Assembly: GCA_043228905.1 (NCBI GenBank)
Contig: JBHGNT010000007.1
Location: 6,262,001 to 6,326,000, forward strand
DNA length: 64,000 bases
Origin: Azolla caroliniana
Taxonomy: Eukaryota > Plantae > Polypodiophyta
Direction: 5' to 3'
In this document: piece after piece, positions 1 to 11,576 of the stretch
Layout of the letters: every line of letters begins with the position of its first letter
Position numbering within the stretch: the first letter of the stretch is position 1
The notes under the pieces: model-generated
The model's database searches: none
Seen by the model: the letters and a program-made list of their open reading frames with translations, nothing else
What the model was told of the DNA's origin: nothing
Position numbers and translations under genes: made by a program

Positions 1-63
1 AAGAAACTTCGGATCGGTGGAGGTGGGTTCCTCTTACAAGAAGAAAAAAAACGGTTTCGAGAG

Positions 64-3000
64 ATGTTGGAGCAACATGGCAAAGCATTCGCGTTCACAT
101 CGAGGGAGATCGGATGCATTGATCCAAAGATAGTGGAGCCGATGGTGATTTTCACGATTGATCATGTACCGTGGAACCTGAAGCCGATTCCGGTGCCACG
201 GGCGCATATTCCGAAAGTCATCGACTTGCTCAAGGAGAAGGTGGCGATGGGGATTCTAGAGCCATCAAGTGCTCCGTACTCAAATCGATGGTTTACGGTT
301 CCGAAGAAGAATGGGTCACTCCGATTCATCCAAGACTTGCAACCAGTGAACAAGGTCACGATCCGGAACTCGGGAGTCGGTCCGATAGTGGACGAATTCG
401 CGGAAGCTTTTGCCGGACGTGCGATATACTCCATCGGGGACCTATACTCGGGGTATGACCAATTCCAACTAGCCGTGGAGAGCCGAGACATCACTACCAT
501 GCGGACACCGATAGGACTAGTTCGAATGTGCACACTACCACAAGGAGTGACAAACTCGGTTGCACATATGATGAACGCGATGAACAAGGTGCTTCGAGAT
601 TGCATCCCGGAGATAACGATGCCGTTTCTAGATGACATTCCGATGAAAGGATGCGCGGTGGAAGAAAAAGATGAGACTATGGATGATCGGGGATGCCGAA
701 AGTTCGTGGTCGACCATATTCATGATTGCGAGAAAGTGTTGCGAAAGCTAGAAGATGTGCACCTAACACTTTCCGGGGAGAAATCGGCATTCGGGCAAGA
801 AGAAATATTGGTGGTCGGACATCTATGTGGACCCTACGGCCGAAGACCGTCACCAACAAAGGTCGATGCGATTCAAGCTATGAAGGAAGTATGTGAGTCA
901 ACATCGGAAGTCCGAAGGTTTCTGGGTGCGTGTGCATTCTATCACATATGGATTCCGCACTATGCACATATAGCAGACCCGCTCTATCACTTGTTGCGGA
1001 AAGGTAAGAAATTCGAGTGGAAACCGGAACACACTAAAGCCATGAGGAAGCTCAAGAAGACACTATGGAGGGCGGAATCACTTAAGAAGCCAAGCTACGA
1101 GCGGCCAATCATAGTAACGGTTGATACAAGTCCAACCGGTATCGGGTGGGTCATCAATCAAGCCGACTCGGATGGTTCGCGGTATCCGATCCGATTTGGA
1201 GCAAAGGTCCTCAACGAAAGGCAACGCGGATATGCACAAGTCAAAAGAGAATTGTGGGGAGTCGTGTCGGCGATAAAATCGGATTGGGATTATTTGATCG
1301 GAGCTGAAGTGGTGGTCGAGACGGATTGTCTTCCGATACTCGGGATGATGCGGTGTTGTACGATACCGGATGTGGCTATGCTAAGGTGGATTGCATATGT
1401 CAAGTCACTTAATCCGGAGGTTCGACACATCTCGGGGAAGGACAACGCGGTAGCGGACATGTTATCGAGGGCGCGGTTTGAAGACGACATGACCGAATCA
1501 GATAATGAAGAAGTTTCCGAAGACTACTTCACGTCAGAACACATATGCCGAGTGAACGTGATCCGAGAATTCCGGGAAGAAGAATACGAGGGGGAAACCT
1601 TGATGATCGGGAAGATGCTACAAGAGGTCGAGGATTCAACCAATGATAAAGAAAGGAGAGCCGAGATCCGAAGGAAGAAGAGGCAAGTCCAAAAGTTCTT
1701 CTTGGAAAACGGGTTAATATGGAGGACGCTGAAAAGACCGGATGGGATACCACTTCGAGTAGTCGGGACGAAAGAGCAACGAAACCGGATAATGTCCGAG
1801 TTCCACGAATCCGATTGGGCTGGACAACGAGGAACATGGGCAACTTTTGTGAAAATCAAGCAAAGATATTGGTGGAAGAACATGTATAAAGATGTCGCGG
1901 AGTTCACAGAAAGCTGCGAGAAATGTCAAGTCTACTCCGGGGTCCGACACCGAGATGAGCTGCATCCGACATTCTCACCGACAATCAACTTCAAGTGGAT
2001 GGTCGACATTGTAGCTATGCCGACCGGGATTGGACAAAAGAAATACTTGGTGTTAGCTCGAGAAGATCTCACAAACCAAGTTGAAGGTCGAGCGCTTCGG
2101 AGGAAAACGTGTGCCGCGGTGTGCCAATTTCTTTTGGAAGAAGTGTTTTGTAGGTACGGCTGCGTAGGACAAGTGATTGCAGACCGGGGAGAACTCGACT
2201 CGGACAAAGCTAGGGGATTCTTCGCCAAACATGGAGTTCGGTTAACGTTGACAACGGCCTACAATCCGGAGGCCAACGGGAAGATCGAACGAGGACATAG
2301 TCCGATCGTGAAAGCACTTGCGAAGGCATGCGACGGAAGGGTGAAGGATTGGCCACAAATGCTTCCGTATGCACTATGGGCGGATCGGACGACGCATAGC
2401 TCCGTGACCGGTTACATGCCGGCAGAACTCATGACCGGACAAGCACCGGTAATGCCAACGGAAACCGCAATTGCGACATGGACAATACTACCGTGGAAGG
2501 AAGAGATGAGCCGGGAAGAACTACTAGCGGTCCGGATACGACAACTGGAGGGAAGACCGAAAGATGTAGCGGAAGCGTCACGCCGACAACAAGAAGCACG
2601 GTTCCGGAACAAAAGCCGGTTCGACACAAAGCACCGACTACGACCGAGGAGGATTGAAGAAGGAGATTGGGTGATCGTCTATGATAGTAGCTTGGACCAT
2701 CAACATACAACGATGCGGAAATTCGCGAAAAGGTGGTTCGGGCCGTACGAGGTTCGGAAGGTCTTCGACAACGGGACGTACCGACTGTCCGAGTTGGATG
2801 GAACAATACTACGAGTGCCTATAGCCGGGAAGCGGGTGAAGATTTTCAAGAAGCGGACCGAAGACAAACCTTATGTGATCCAAGTCGAGGCCGACAACGA
2901 GGAGCAATCGGACGAAGACCACAATGATGCGGGGAGCGAAGAAAGTGGATTACAACTCATAGTCGACATAAGGGGAGAATCGGAGGAAGCTTCGGATGAA

Positions 3001-3078
3001 GACGGATACGAAGAATCAAGAACTTCGGCACATACCGGAGGATGTGCGGGTTTGGAGGGGGCGAGTGTCGTAGTGTAG
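64..3078 (+). CDS. pol: Gypsy Pol (RT, RNase H, integrase); the frame probably starts upstream of the window
   Basis: RT (LPQG, FLDD), RNase H (VTVDTS, ETDC, NAVADMLSR), integrase (C-x2-C, DIVAM, IADRGE, ANGKIER) and GPY motif (WFGPYEV); RT-RH-IN order; no chromodomain. Confidence 0.93.
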   Translation: MLEQHGKAFAFTSREIGCIDPKIVEPMVIFTIDHVPWNLKPIPVPRAHIPKVIDLLKEKVAMGILEPSSAPYSNRWFTVPKKNGSLRFIQDLQPVNKVTIRNSGVGPIVDEFAEAFAGRAIYSIGDLYSGYDQFQLAVESRDITTMRTPIGLVRMCTLPQGVTNSVAHMMNAMNKVLRDCIPEITMPFLDDIPMKGCAVEEKDETMDDRGCRKFVVDHIHDCEKVLRKLEDVHLTLSGEKSAFGQEEILVVGHLCGPYGRRPSPTKVDAIQAMKEVCESTSEVRRFLGACAFYHIWIPHYAHIADPLYHLLRKGKKFEWKPEHTKAMRKLKKTLWRAESLKKPSYERPIIVTVDTSPTGIGWVINQADSDGSRYPIRFGAKVLNERQRGYAQVKRELWGVVSAIKSDWDYLIGAEVVVETDCLPILGMMRCCTIPDVAMLRWIAYVKSLNPEVRHISGKDNAVADMLSRARFEDDMTESDNEEVSEDYFTSEHICRVNVIREFREEEYEGETLMIGKMLQEVEDSTNDKERRAEIRRKKRQVQKFFLENGLIWRTLKRPDGIPLRVVGTKEQRNRIMSEFHESDWAGQRGTWATFVKIKQRYWWKNMYKDVAEFTESCEKCQVYSGVRHRDELHPTFSPTINFKWMVDIVAMPTGIGQKKYLVLAREDLTNQVEGRALRRKTCAAVCQFLLEEVFCRYGCVGQVIADRGELDSDKARGFFAKHGVRLTLTTAYNPEANGKIERGHSPIVKALAKACDGRVKDWPQMLPYALWADRTTHSSVTGYMPAELMTGQAPVMPTETAIATWTILPWKEEMSREELLAVRIRQLEGRPKDVAEASRRQQEARFRNKSRFDTKHRLRPRRIEEGDWVIVYDSSLDHQHTTMRKFAKRWFGPYEVRKVFDNGTYRLSELDGTILRVPIAGKRVKIFKKRTEDKPYVIQVEADNEEQSDEDHNDAGSEESGLQLIVDIRGESEEASDEDGYEESRTSAHTGGCAGLEGASVVV

Positions 3079-4274
3079 GTTGCACACTATGTGGAAATTA
3101 TATTTTTGTCCCTCCGGATAGAGAATGGAGTGCTCGGTGAGAGAAGGAAGAAAACGGCATACCGGCAAGGAAGAGCCGTATAAAGAGACATAAATGTAAA
3201 AAGGAAATACTCACTACTGCGCAAGGCGTGATTTGAACTCTACACCTCCACGTTGACAAACCCCAACCTTACCATTACATTAACTTATCTCAAGTGTTTT
3301 AAATATAGATTTAATACGTATAAGACCTTTATTTATGCATACCTTTATTAAAAGGTAAATCGTGTATTTTTTTAATATATGAAAAAGAAAAAAAAACACG
3401 AGACACTAAAAATAACTCATGCACATCTAGCGTGCATGAGCCCTATACTTGGGAAATAAAAAAGCATCACATGCACATTTAGTGGACATGAACACTTTTG
3501 TAAAGAAAAAAGCATGAAGCCATGTTTAGCTCTTCCTTCCTTATATAAGGAGGAGAGAAATATGTAAAGGGTTGTTGATTATTTGGATTAAGTATTAATC
3601 AATACAAAAATTATTCGTGGGATTCACGATTTATACATCTACTTCTCTCTTAACACCCTAAGTACCAATTAATATAGTATACTCGTGTGATTCACGAGTT
3701 TCTTATCTTTCTCTTTGCTATTTACTCATAATTAATCTCTATCTCACGAACTTCTTTCTCCTAGTCCAAGACCTCTGTGGTTCCCACCCGACTCACGCAA
3801 CGATCTGGAGCCGAAAGGCACGACAGCGCGCTAGAAGGGACGAAGTGTTGTCGGACTGGGACCGAGCTCTTCTTCTCTGTCGTTCTCCATAGCTTTCTTT
3901 TGTGCAGGTTCTCAGGAGGCTGATCCTGCTCCGTGGAACGCCCGTGTGCTTCCGGCAGAATCTCCATCTTGCTCTCTTGTGTGCGTGGGTGATCAGGCGC
4001 CGGCATCCATCTCGCCGACTTGATTGGCTATAACCGTTCGAGTCGTTTGCATACATACAAATACATACACATATTTATATACATACGCTAGCGTTCTCAA
4101 CTCGTGTCTCCTGTGTTGTTGGGCCGCGTCCCCGTGCACTTCTTTGTCTATACGTGTGTGAGCGTCTCTCACTCTCTCGCTCTCTCTCTCTCTCTCCCTC
4201 TTCTCACCTATTCCTCAGTCCAAGACCCCAGTGGTCCCGCCTTGTTCTCCACGCACGCACGTACCAACGCGACA
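3066..4274 (+). repeat. 3' LTR of the first Gypsy element
   Basis: Starts TGTCGTAGTG directly after the PPT, ends CAACGCGACA; TATA-like TATATAA at ~3542. Confidence 0.85.
3220..3282 (-). ncRNA. tRNA-derived (Asp-like) Pol III A/B-box cassette inside LTR, antisense
   Basis: Minus strand TAATGTAATGG (A box) ... TTGTCAA (anticodon-loop position, GTC) ... GTTCAAATC (B box); T8 to G53 spans 45 nt. Confidence 0.65.
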
Positions 4275-5419
4275 ACGTCTCCTAGCTATCTGGGAGGGAA
4301 CCGAGCAGGAGTAGCACTTGTACCTCATCGGCGAGAGGTACTTCCAATGATGTTGCCTGGTGGATCAGCCCCTGGAAGGCATTCATGTTCTGAAACATAA
4401 TATTGATCTTCTCCCAGAGCTCATGAGCCTTGCTCTCTTCATTGAAGTTGTTGTATAGACTCATCTCGATGAAGCATCGTATGTACGTCGTTGTCTTCAT
4501 GTGCATCACCTCCCACATCGCAGCGTCGATTTTGTCCGGTCTCTTGTCCCCGAACTGAACCGGTAGCCAAAGGTCTTTAACCACGACCATGTCCCTCATC
4601 TTCGACTTCCAACGAATCATCCATTTTTCTGTGTTGCCTCACTCTGATACCACTTGACAGGAACTAGACGCTCCCGATGAACAACGCTCGGCCACCACCG
4701 AGTCTAAAATCAAACACAGAAAACAGGTAATGAAACGCACGACACAAAGGAGAGAAGAGTACACGGGATGTTTAACGTGGAAAACCCTGAGAGGGAAAAA
4801 CCACGGGAGTCCACAGACTCCAAACTATCACTATATCATAATGATTACAACAGTGAGCTCACGGAGGCAACGACCTCGTGCTCATGATCTTCACCACAGA
4901 CGGCGGTTACAATAGAGGCAACGACCTCTTCCTCTCTCTCTCTCTCTCTCTGTACACTGTTACGCACTCTCTAGTCTTGCACCAACAAGAAATGACAACA
5001 TCTCATCTTCTCTGTTTGCCCTAAGTCATATTTATACTAATATGGCTTTTTTGCTATTTACAAATATAGCCCCAATGGACTCTTAGAAACATATTTACAA
5101 ATATGTCCCTTCATCCGGTGAACACTTCTCACCGGGCCTTCACCATCCGGCTCTTGCCGGGTACTCTTCATCCGGTTCTCACCGAGTCTTCCGTAGCCGG
5201 GTACTTGTCATCCGGCGCTTGCCGAGTACACCACATCCGGTTCTCACCGGGTCTTCCGTAGCCGGGTACTTGTCATCTGGCGCTTGCCGGGTACACCACA
5301 TCCGGTTCTCACCGGGTCTTCCATTGCCAGGTACTCCACATCCGGTTTCGGCCTTGGCCGAGTTTGCTCATCAGTATTGTTCTTCTCACTTCCCATCCGG
5401 AGGGACCTGTTTCCTAACA
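4275..5419 (-). mobile_element. Ty1/Copia element, 5' LTR (4655-5419), PBS and deleted gag; inserted in a LINE
   Basis: PBS TGGTATCAGAGT (4641-4652, tRNA-iMet type); gag fragment 4282-4620 (WKSKMRD...LLLGSLPDS) with internal deletions compared with the copy at 44962-45687; LTR related to 46345-47128. Confidence 0.88.
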
Positions 5420-8152
5420 CATAACACATCATCTTTCCGGCAAGAGATAACTCCTATAAATTCTTACAATGCATAGACAAGTCGTGAAGAGTTAAGTAAC
5501 CATAACTCTCAACATGTTTCCCCTTTAGATTTCCCCAAAATTTAGCACATGCATGTGCTTTCTCTTGCGTTTGGATAAATTGTTGAGTAACTTTGTTGAG
5601 TAACTTCCCATATTCTTCTCTTTCTTTGAATAAGTCTTTTATACTCATGCAAATGCTTTTGGTAATTCTCTTTATCCTTAACTACATCCAAAATCATAAG
5701 GCACTTTCGAGCTTCACAACATTCTTTATCAAACCATTTTTTCCTAAGTTTCTTGGTGCATTTCCAAGATGTGAAGTTGGTCGAAAAACATTTGTTTGTA
5801 CAAGAGAGAATGGCTTTCTTTAAAGCTTCCCATTTGCCTTTTAGTGTGGCACCATGTTATATCTTTGTCATTTATAACATATCCTCAATCATCTTGGAAT
5901 ACATGGGTGCTCGATTAAGGTTCATGCTCAAGTGCGGTTGTTTATTATCTTCAATAGCCTTCTCACAATCAAACCTATGCATACATTTGAGATCAATACA
6001 TAAATCCCTATGATTGGATTCCAATGTCCATTCACCAAGTGAGAATTTATGTATACGATCCAAAATACCTTCGGAAAGTAGCACATAATCAATCACACTA
6101 TTTCCATTGTGCTTTCTACATGTAAAACCATTAGTGTTGGGCCATAAGGAAATACCATTTGCAATAAGCAATCCGGTACTAGTGCCCATTTGTAGGAGTA
6201 ACTTCCCAAATTGGTCCGGATCTTTTTTCATCGTTAGAAGAGCGGCTATACATTTGCATATCCTCTTGCATCCTTGAGATATCTTGCATGAAAGATTCTT
6301 GTGAATCAAGTTGGAAACTTCTTGTACGAGCATTGATGTCACCGAAGCTAATAACTTCCCCTTTGGATTTGAAATAAGCAATATCATCTTGTAGATTGGC
6401 AAAAGGTTTATCTTTATCCAAACAAGAATAAAAGTTAGAATCTTGATGAGGAATGTAACATCCAACTACAAAAGTGGGCAAATCATTAGGTGTTTCTATT
6501 TTGAGCTATATGTAGCATTTATGTTCATCATTTTTCATGATTGACACATATTTCTCTATTTCCTTCTTAATCGAACATGCCACCCCTCCTTGTCCTCTTC
6601 TTTGTCTTGGATTTTTCTTCCATATCAAAGAGTGTACATTATAGTTTCCTAAACCTTGAATCCTTTAAGTATCATGCTCCCATGTTTCAACAATAAGTGT
6701 GATATCCGAGTCATCGGTGAACTCCTTTATACCAAATCCAGCATTCCATGGATATCCATTGCAATTCCAAAAGCATAATCGTAAAAGGCGTGGGTTAGTC
6801 TCATAAGTCACGTGTCCCTATTTGCCTACATTTCTATCTTGAGGCACATCCTTAACCTTATTTTTCAATCTTTCTTCATATCCTTTACGATGAGCATTTT
6901 GTTGTGAGATAGTACGATCTTCACTCACAAAGCATTGAGTACCTTTGAGGTATACCCAACTATTTTCGAGTATGATCCGCCGCTTTGTATCATCTGTCAT
7001 TGTCCATACAATAGGCCTTTCTCCGGAGCGAGTAACACCATGTTTCCCAACTCGGTGTGCCCCAACATTCACGTCTGACATTCCATAATGCATGTTAAAA
7101 AATTCACCAATGGCCTTTCCAAGGGATGCGGGTGTTTCCATACTCTCTTCTTTAATCCCACGGACGACAATGTTCTTTGATCGTTGTTCACGTTCTTTCA
7201 ATTCTCGGACATCTATCCTTTCTATATTCTTCTCTTGATGCATCACATGCATATTAGATGAGTTTGATACCACATCCCCACCACATACATCGGCCCATGA
7301 CTTCGTTGTACATACATTTTTCATCTCACTTAAATCCTGCCTCATCGTGTGTCCAGAAATCCGCGAGTATGTGTTGAAAGGGGCAAGACCACGGGGGTCT
7401 CAGACGAGGAAGAGATGGATGCCTAGAGACGACTCTCTCCAGTCTTGGCTACACAGGCTGTGTCGCAAACCAGAGTGATTCCATACGCATACCAGAGGCT
7501 ATCGAACGCGAGAGAGGGAGAGAGAGAGAGAAAGAATACGTGCAACGCCGACTCAACACACGCTACTTATGTACAGAAAGGTAAAGAAGAAACTCCAAAA
7601 ACGTAGACATAGACACAAATGCACAAAACATCACTATATATGTACAAGAGCAAGATACAACTCCAGCTTTGAGCCGGACTAAGGGAGGTTAGGATACAAC
7701 AACACTTTGCTGCCAAGACGCCGATCGGGGAGCTCTCGGGCTCGTCGCAACAAGCGGGGTCTTGCACAGGAGACAGAGAAGAAGCGAAACCCCTTAGGAC
7801 ATACAAGCTCTTAACTGGACTAAACCCTTGGACCTAATGGTATACCCTCCTAACTCAAAATGGGCAACCCCTCTACAAGGGACCCTCCCTTCCTTTTATA
7901 GCACAACGAGGGAGTTGCATAACAATGTGGGATAAATCCCGTATTACATGGGATTCTCTGTCCTAACTTAACTCCTATTCGGCGCCATAAAGGCGCCCCT
8001 ATTATTCGCACGTATACGCAAGGATAAGTGCACATGATGCACTTCGTCGATGCCACTAACTTCTCTGGTTTTCTCACTATGGCTGTGAATCTTCACGATA
8101 GATCCGCCGCCCCCACCAAACCGCACATCCACCAATACGTTCTTCCCTAAAA

Positions 8153-8665
8153 TGTGGTGAATCTCCGAGGTGGCACCACGGGGGTCTCGGACTAGGGAGT
8201 AGAGGAGAAAGAATAAGATATGTTTTGAAACTTAGCTCAAGAGGAGAAGAAGAAAGAGTAAGACCATGACATAGAAGGAGAGATCATCGGAGGTAAGATA
8301 CTCAACAAGATATATTAAAACAAACGAATGATTACAACAATGGTGGCCGCATGGACTGCACCAAACGACTATGAGAAAACCCTAACCGAAGATGAATAAG
8401 GAAAACCCTAAACGAAACCCTAACCCTAAAGCGGTAAGAACCCTAGACTAAGTGGTATGCCTCTCATACGCAAAATAGGCAACCCTTCATAAGTGACCCC
8501 TCCCTTCCTTTTATAGCCCAAGGAGGGAGGAACCTTACAATGTGGGATAAAATTTCCCCTCTTATTTCTATACACCATTTCCTAGTATACGTGTGCACAT
8601 GTTGCACACCACCGACTTGCCCTTTCCACCCCGGTTTCCGCCTATGGACGAAAATCTTCATGACA
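8153..8665 (-). repeat. Solo LTR of a family related to the 7346-16975 element
   Basis: Shares the CACGGGGGTCTC and GGCAACCC...CCCTCCCTTCCTTTTATAGC blocks, ends TCTTCATGACA; left boundary uncertain (8142-8153). Confidence 0.6.
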
Positions 8666-11576
8666 ACGTGCCAAATCCGAAGAAGTGTGAAAGATTCCGG
8701 CCATAGTGAGCAAACGGTCTTCCGTAATCCGCATTCCCAATTGCCGTATTGGCCTCAGCCCAGTTCCGAACTGTCTGCTACAGTTCTGCCTACGCGCTTG
8801 CCTCTTCATAGGCTTGTTCGACCTGCCATCTTCTGCCTTCCTTGTTCGGCACCGCCTGTGCCGAACACCGTCCCGTACCCGTGCTTTACTTCAGCCCTCG
8901 ATGGCCACACGCACGCCCTCCGATTCGCCTCCGGGTGTGCCCTTTCTAGCTCGGCACACCATTCTCTGCTTGGGTGTCCTTGGTAGCTTTCCGGGTAGCT
9001 ACCCGCGCAGGATCACCCTTGTCCTTTGGCCCGCATGGCTCGTCTTCTCCACGTCGCATTGGCTGGGTCCGGCGTCGTCGCCCATTGTTGCCTTTATTCC
9101 CTCGCCCACACTTGTTTATCATCTCGGGCTTACGCTTGCCATGCCAGCCGTCGCCACCCCGACTAAGCTGCAGAGAGTCTCCGGTACAAGTGTGGTGGAT
9201 CCTTCTCCGGTTTCGAAAATTTCTTCGTAATCAACCCGTGTTACGCGCACGCATCCTCCTTCATCCTTCTAACCCTGCCGACTAGGTCCGTATCCCGTTT
9301 GTGGCTGTGTCGTCGGCTTGATACCTCCTTCCACTCCTTTTCGGCCCTTCTGCTAAATCTCGTTCACCTACCGCCACCGTCCATCTCTCTAGGTCTCACG
9401 CCGGCTCTCGGGCCGGTCGTCGGAGTCTCCGGATCGGTGTGAGGTTCGTCGTAGGACTGCCCCATCGCTGCCTTTGCCCTCGTCCCCTTGCCGCCACCAT
9501 CAGTCTCTTGGTCTTATATCGGCTCCATTGCCGACTGCCGAAGTCTCTAGGCCGGTGTGAAGATACCATGTCCCGGGTCGTCCTTCTCCGCATGTTGAGA
9601 GAGTGGCTTGCTCCGCACCCTCTCCCGTGGTACCATGTACCGTGTTTCGGCCTCCCCATAGGCCTGTCCCTTCCTCCCTTATGGATCGGTTATCCGGAAG
9701 TCCGCTCCACCCGGTTCTCGTTCGGGTCTGTCCGTCACTCCGCATTGTCAGGTTCCTTTCTCCTACCGCCACCATCAGTATCTTGGTCTTACATCGGATC
9801 CAATGCCAACCGCCGAAGTCTCTAGCCCGGTGTGAGGTGACCCATTGGACCGGTCTTCGTTCCTCCTCTTCCCGGATCTTCTCTCGAACTCGTCGTCAAC
9901 CTCCTCGTTGTGCTCCCGCCTCCATCTTCCATCTCTATAAATCTCACGCCAGCTCTCGGGCCGGCAGCCAGAGTCTACGGATGAGATGTGGGAATACCGA
10001 TTCCGAAACGATTCCCGATGACTCGTCTGAGGCCACCAACCCTTTTACTGGTGTCGGTGGAAAGCATCCGCTCTATGATCGATCAAGCCCCACCTGGGCT
10101 TGATTCTCCAATGTCCGAAGTTTCGGCTCCAATGTCGATCCCGCCGGACTCATTCCGTACCCTCAATCATCTTCTTCCAGAATTCCGACCTTCGCCTTGG
10201 TCAATCTTTCTCCCCATGTAAAGAGGGCGGCTCGTTCCGCACCCTCTTCCGTATCAGCACCTTCATACCGAGCCCAGTCCCTGTCGAACGATCCACATCC
10301 GGATCGTGCTCCATCCGAATCGGAATGCAGACCAGTTCGATCCCTAGTTGGGTCGACTTCCGATTCCTCTCCCTTCGGCGCCGACTCTCATTTCCTCCTT
10401 CTCCGTCGCGGCTCCGTCCTCGACCTCCTCACAGGACGTTTCCCATCCATCTTCGTTGGCATCATGCCAGGACTCCTCAGTCTTCCATCTTCCTTGGCGC
10501 CTTCCATCTCCACGGTCTTATGTTGGCACACGGGCTCAACTGTCGGAGTCTCCGAAATCCGCATGGAGGGCTCTTCTCCACTCCCGACCTCCTCCTCGTC
10601 CGGTCTTTCTCCGCAAGTTGAGAGGGCGTCTCGCTCCACACCCTCTCCCGTGGCACCGTCGTACCATTCTTTGGCCTCTGCCTGGGCCATGTCCGCCTTG
10701 TTCGGAAGGCTGACTAGCTCTGAGCCTTCAGGATCCGTCCGCGTGCCGGATCTCTCTTCTTCGTCAACCATCGCCTTCAGAGCCTCGTACGCTTCCCGAA
10801 CCAAGGCTTCGACATCGAGGTTCGCCGATCCTTCTTGTTGCGTGCCCACTTCCTACCATGATGACACGCCATCGCGTGTTATCTTCCCTTTTCCTTTCGC
10901 GGAGCGATCCTCATCCAACCGTCAGCATACTCGTTCGACTTCCGACCAGACCTCGGTAAGGCCATTCACTCCGTCATCGTCTTCGAGCTCAATTCCAATG
11001 GCCTCCCGTTCCCCTCGGTCGATCGACCTAATGAACAACAGGACTTTGTCCACCCCCACTAGTCTTTGTTCCCGCTCCGGGAACCGAGCAAGCCGCCGCT
11101 CGAACTCTCGGAACACCTTCGTTGCGCCCCGGTGGGTCTTTGCCGATGCAACCCACTGGTCGAAGTCGCATCATCCTCGGCTCTTCGGTTGCCCTCCATA
11201 TGCTTGCAGGAGCTCCTCATCAAAGGCCTCCCACGAACTATGAGCTTCTCGGAGCTCCTTTACTTCTGTGTGCATACGGATGGCGACAACCCGACAGAAG
11301 AACTCCAGCCTCAACGCCTCGTCTACACCTCGCACCTCCATTTATGCGTTGTAGGCTTCCAAGTAGGATGGGACTTTGTCCCCGTTGAAACGGCCGACTC
11401 TTTCGACCACTCACTCAATAGCTTGCTGCGCCGCTTCTCGTCTCATCGTCACTCGTCCAAACTCCATCACCACTGCGGCCACCATCTCCGCGAAGTCTTC
11501 GTCTTCCAACTCCATCCTCCCTTGTCGCCGTTTCACATCGGGTTCACGTCGGTAATCCATGAGATTGTGTCGAAAG

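Larger units (their letters stand above)
1..4274 (+). mobile_element. Ty3/Gypsy LTR retrotransposon (non-chromovirus); 3' part only, nested in a Copia gag
   Basis: Open pol ORF, PPT-like GGTTTGGAGGGGGCGAG at ~3049-3065, then LTR TGTCG...CGACA; Copia gag resumes at 4275. Confidence 0.92.

Noticed and set aside
8385-8445. Telomere-like AAACCCT repeats
   Set aside because: Only a few dispersed telo-box-like units inside an LTR, not a telomeric array.
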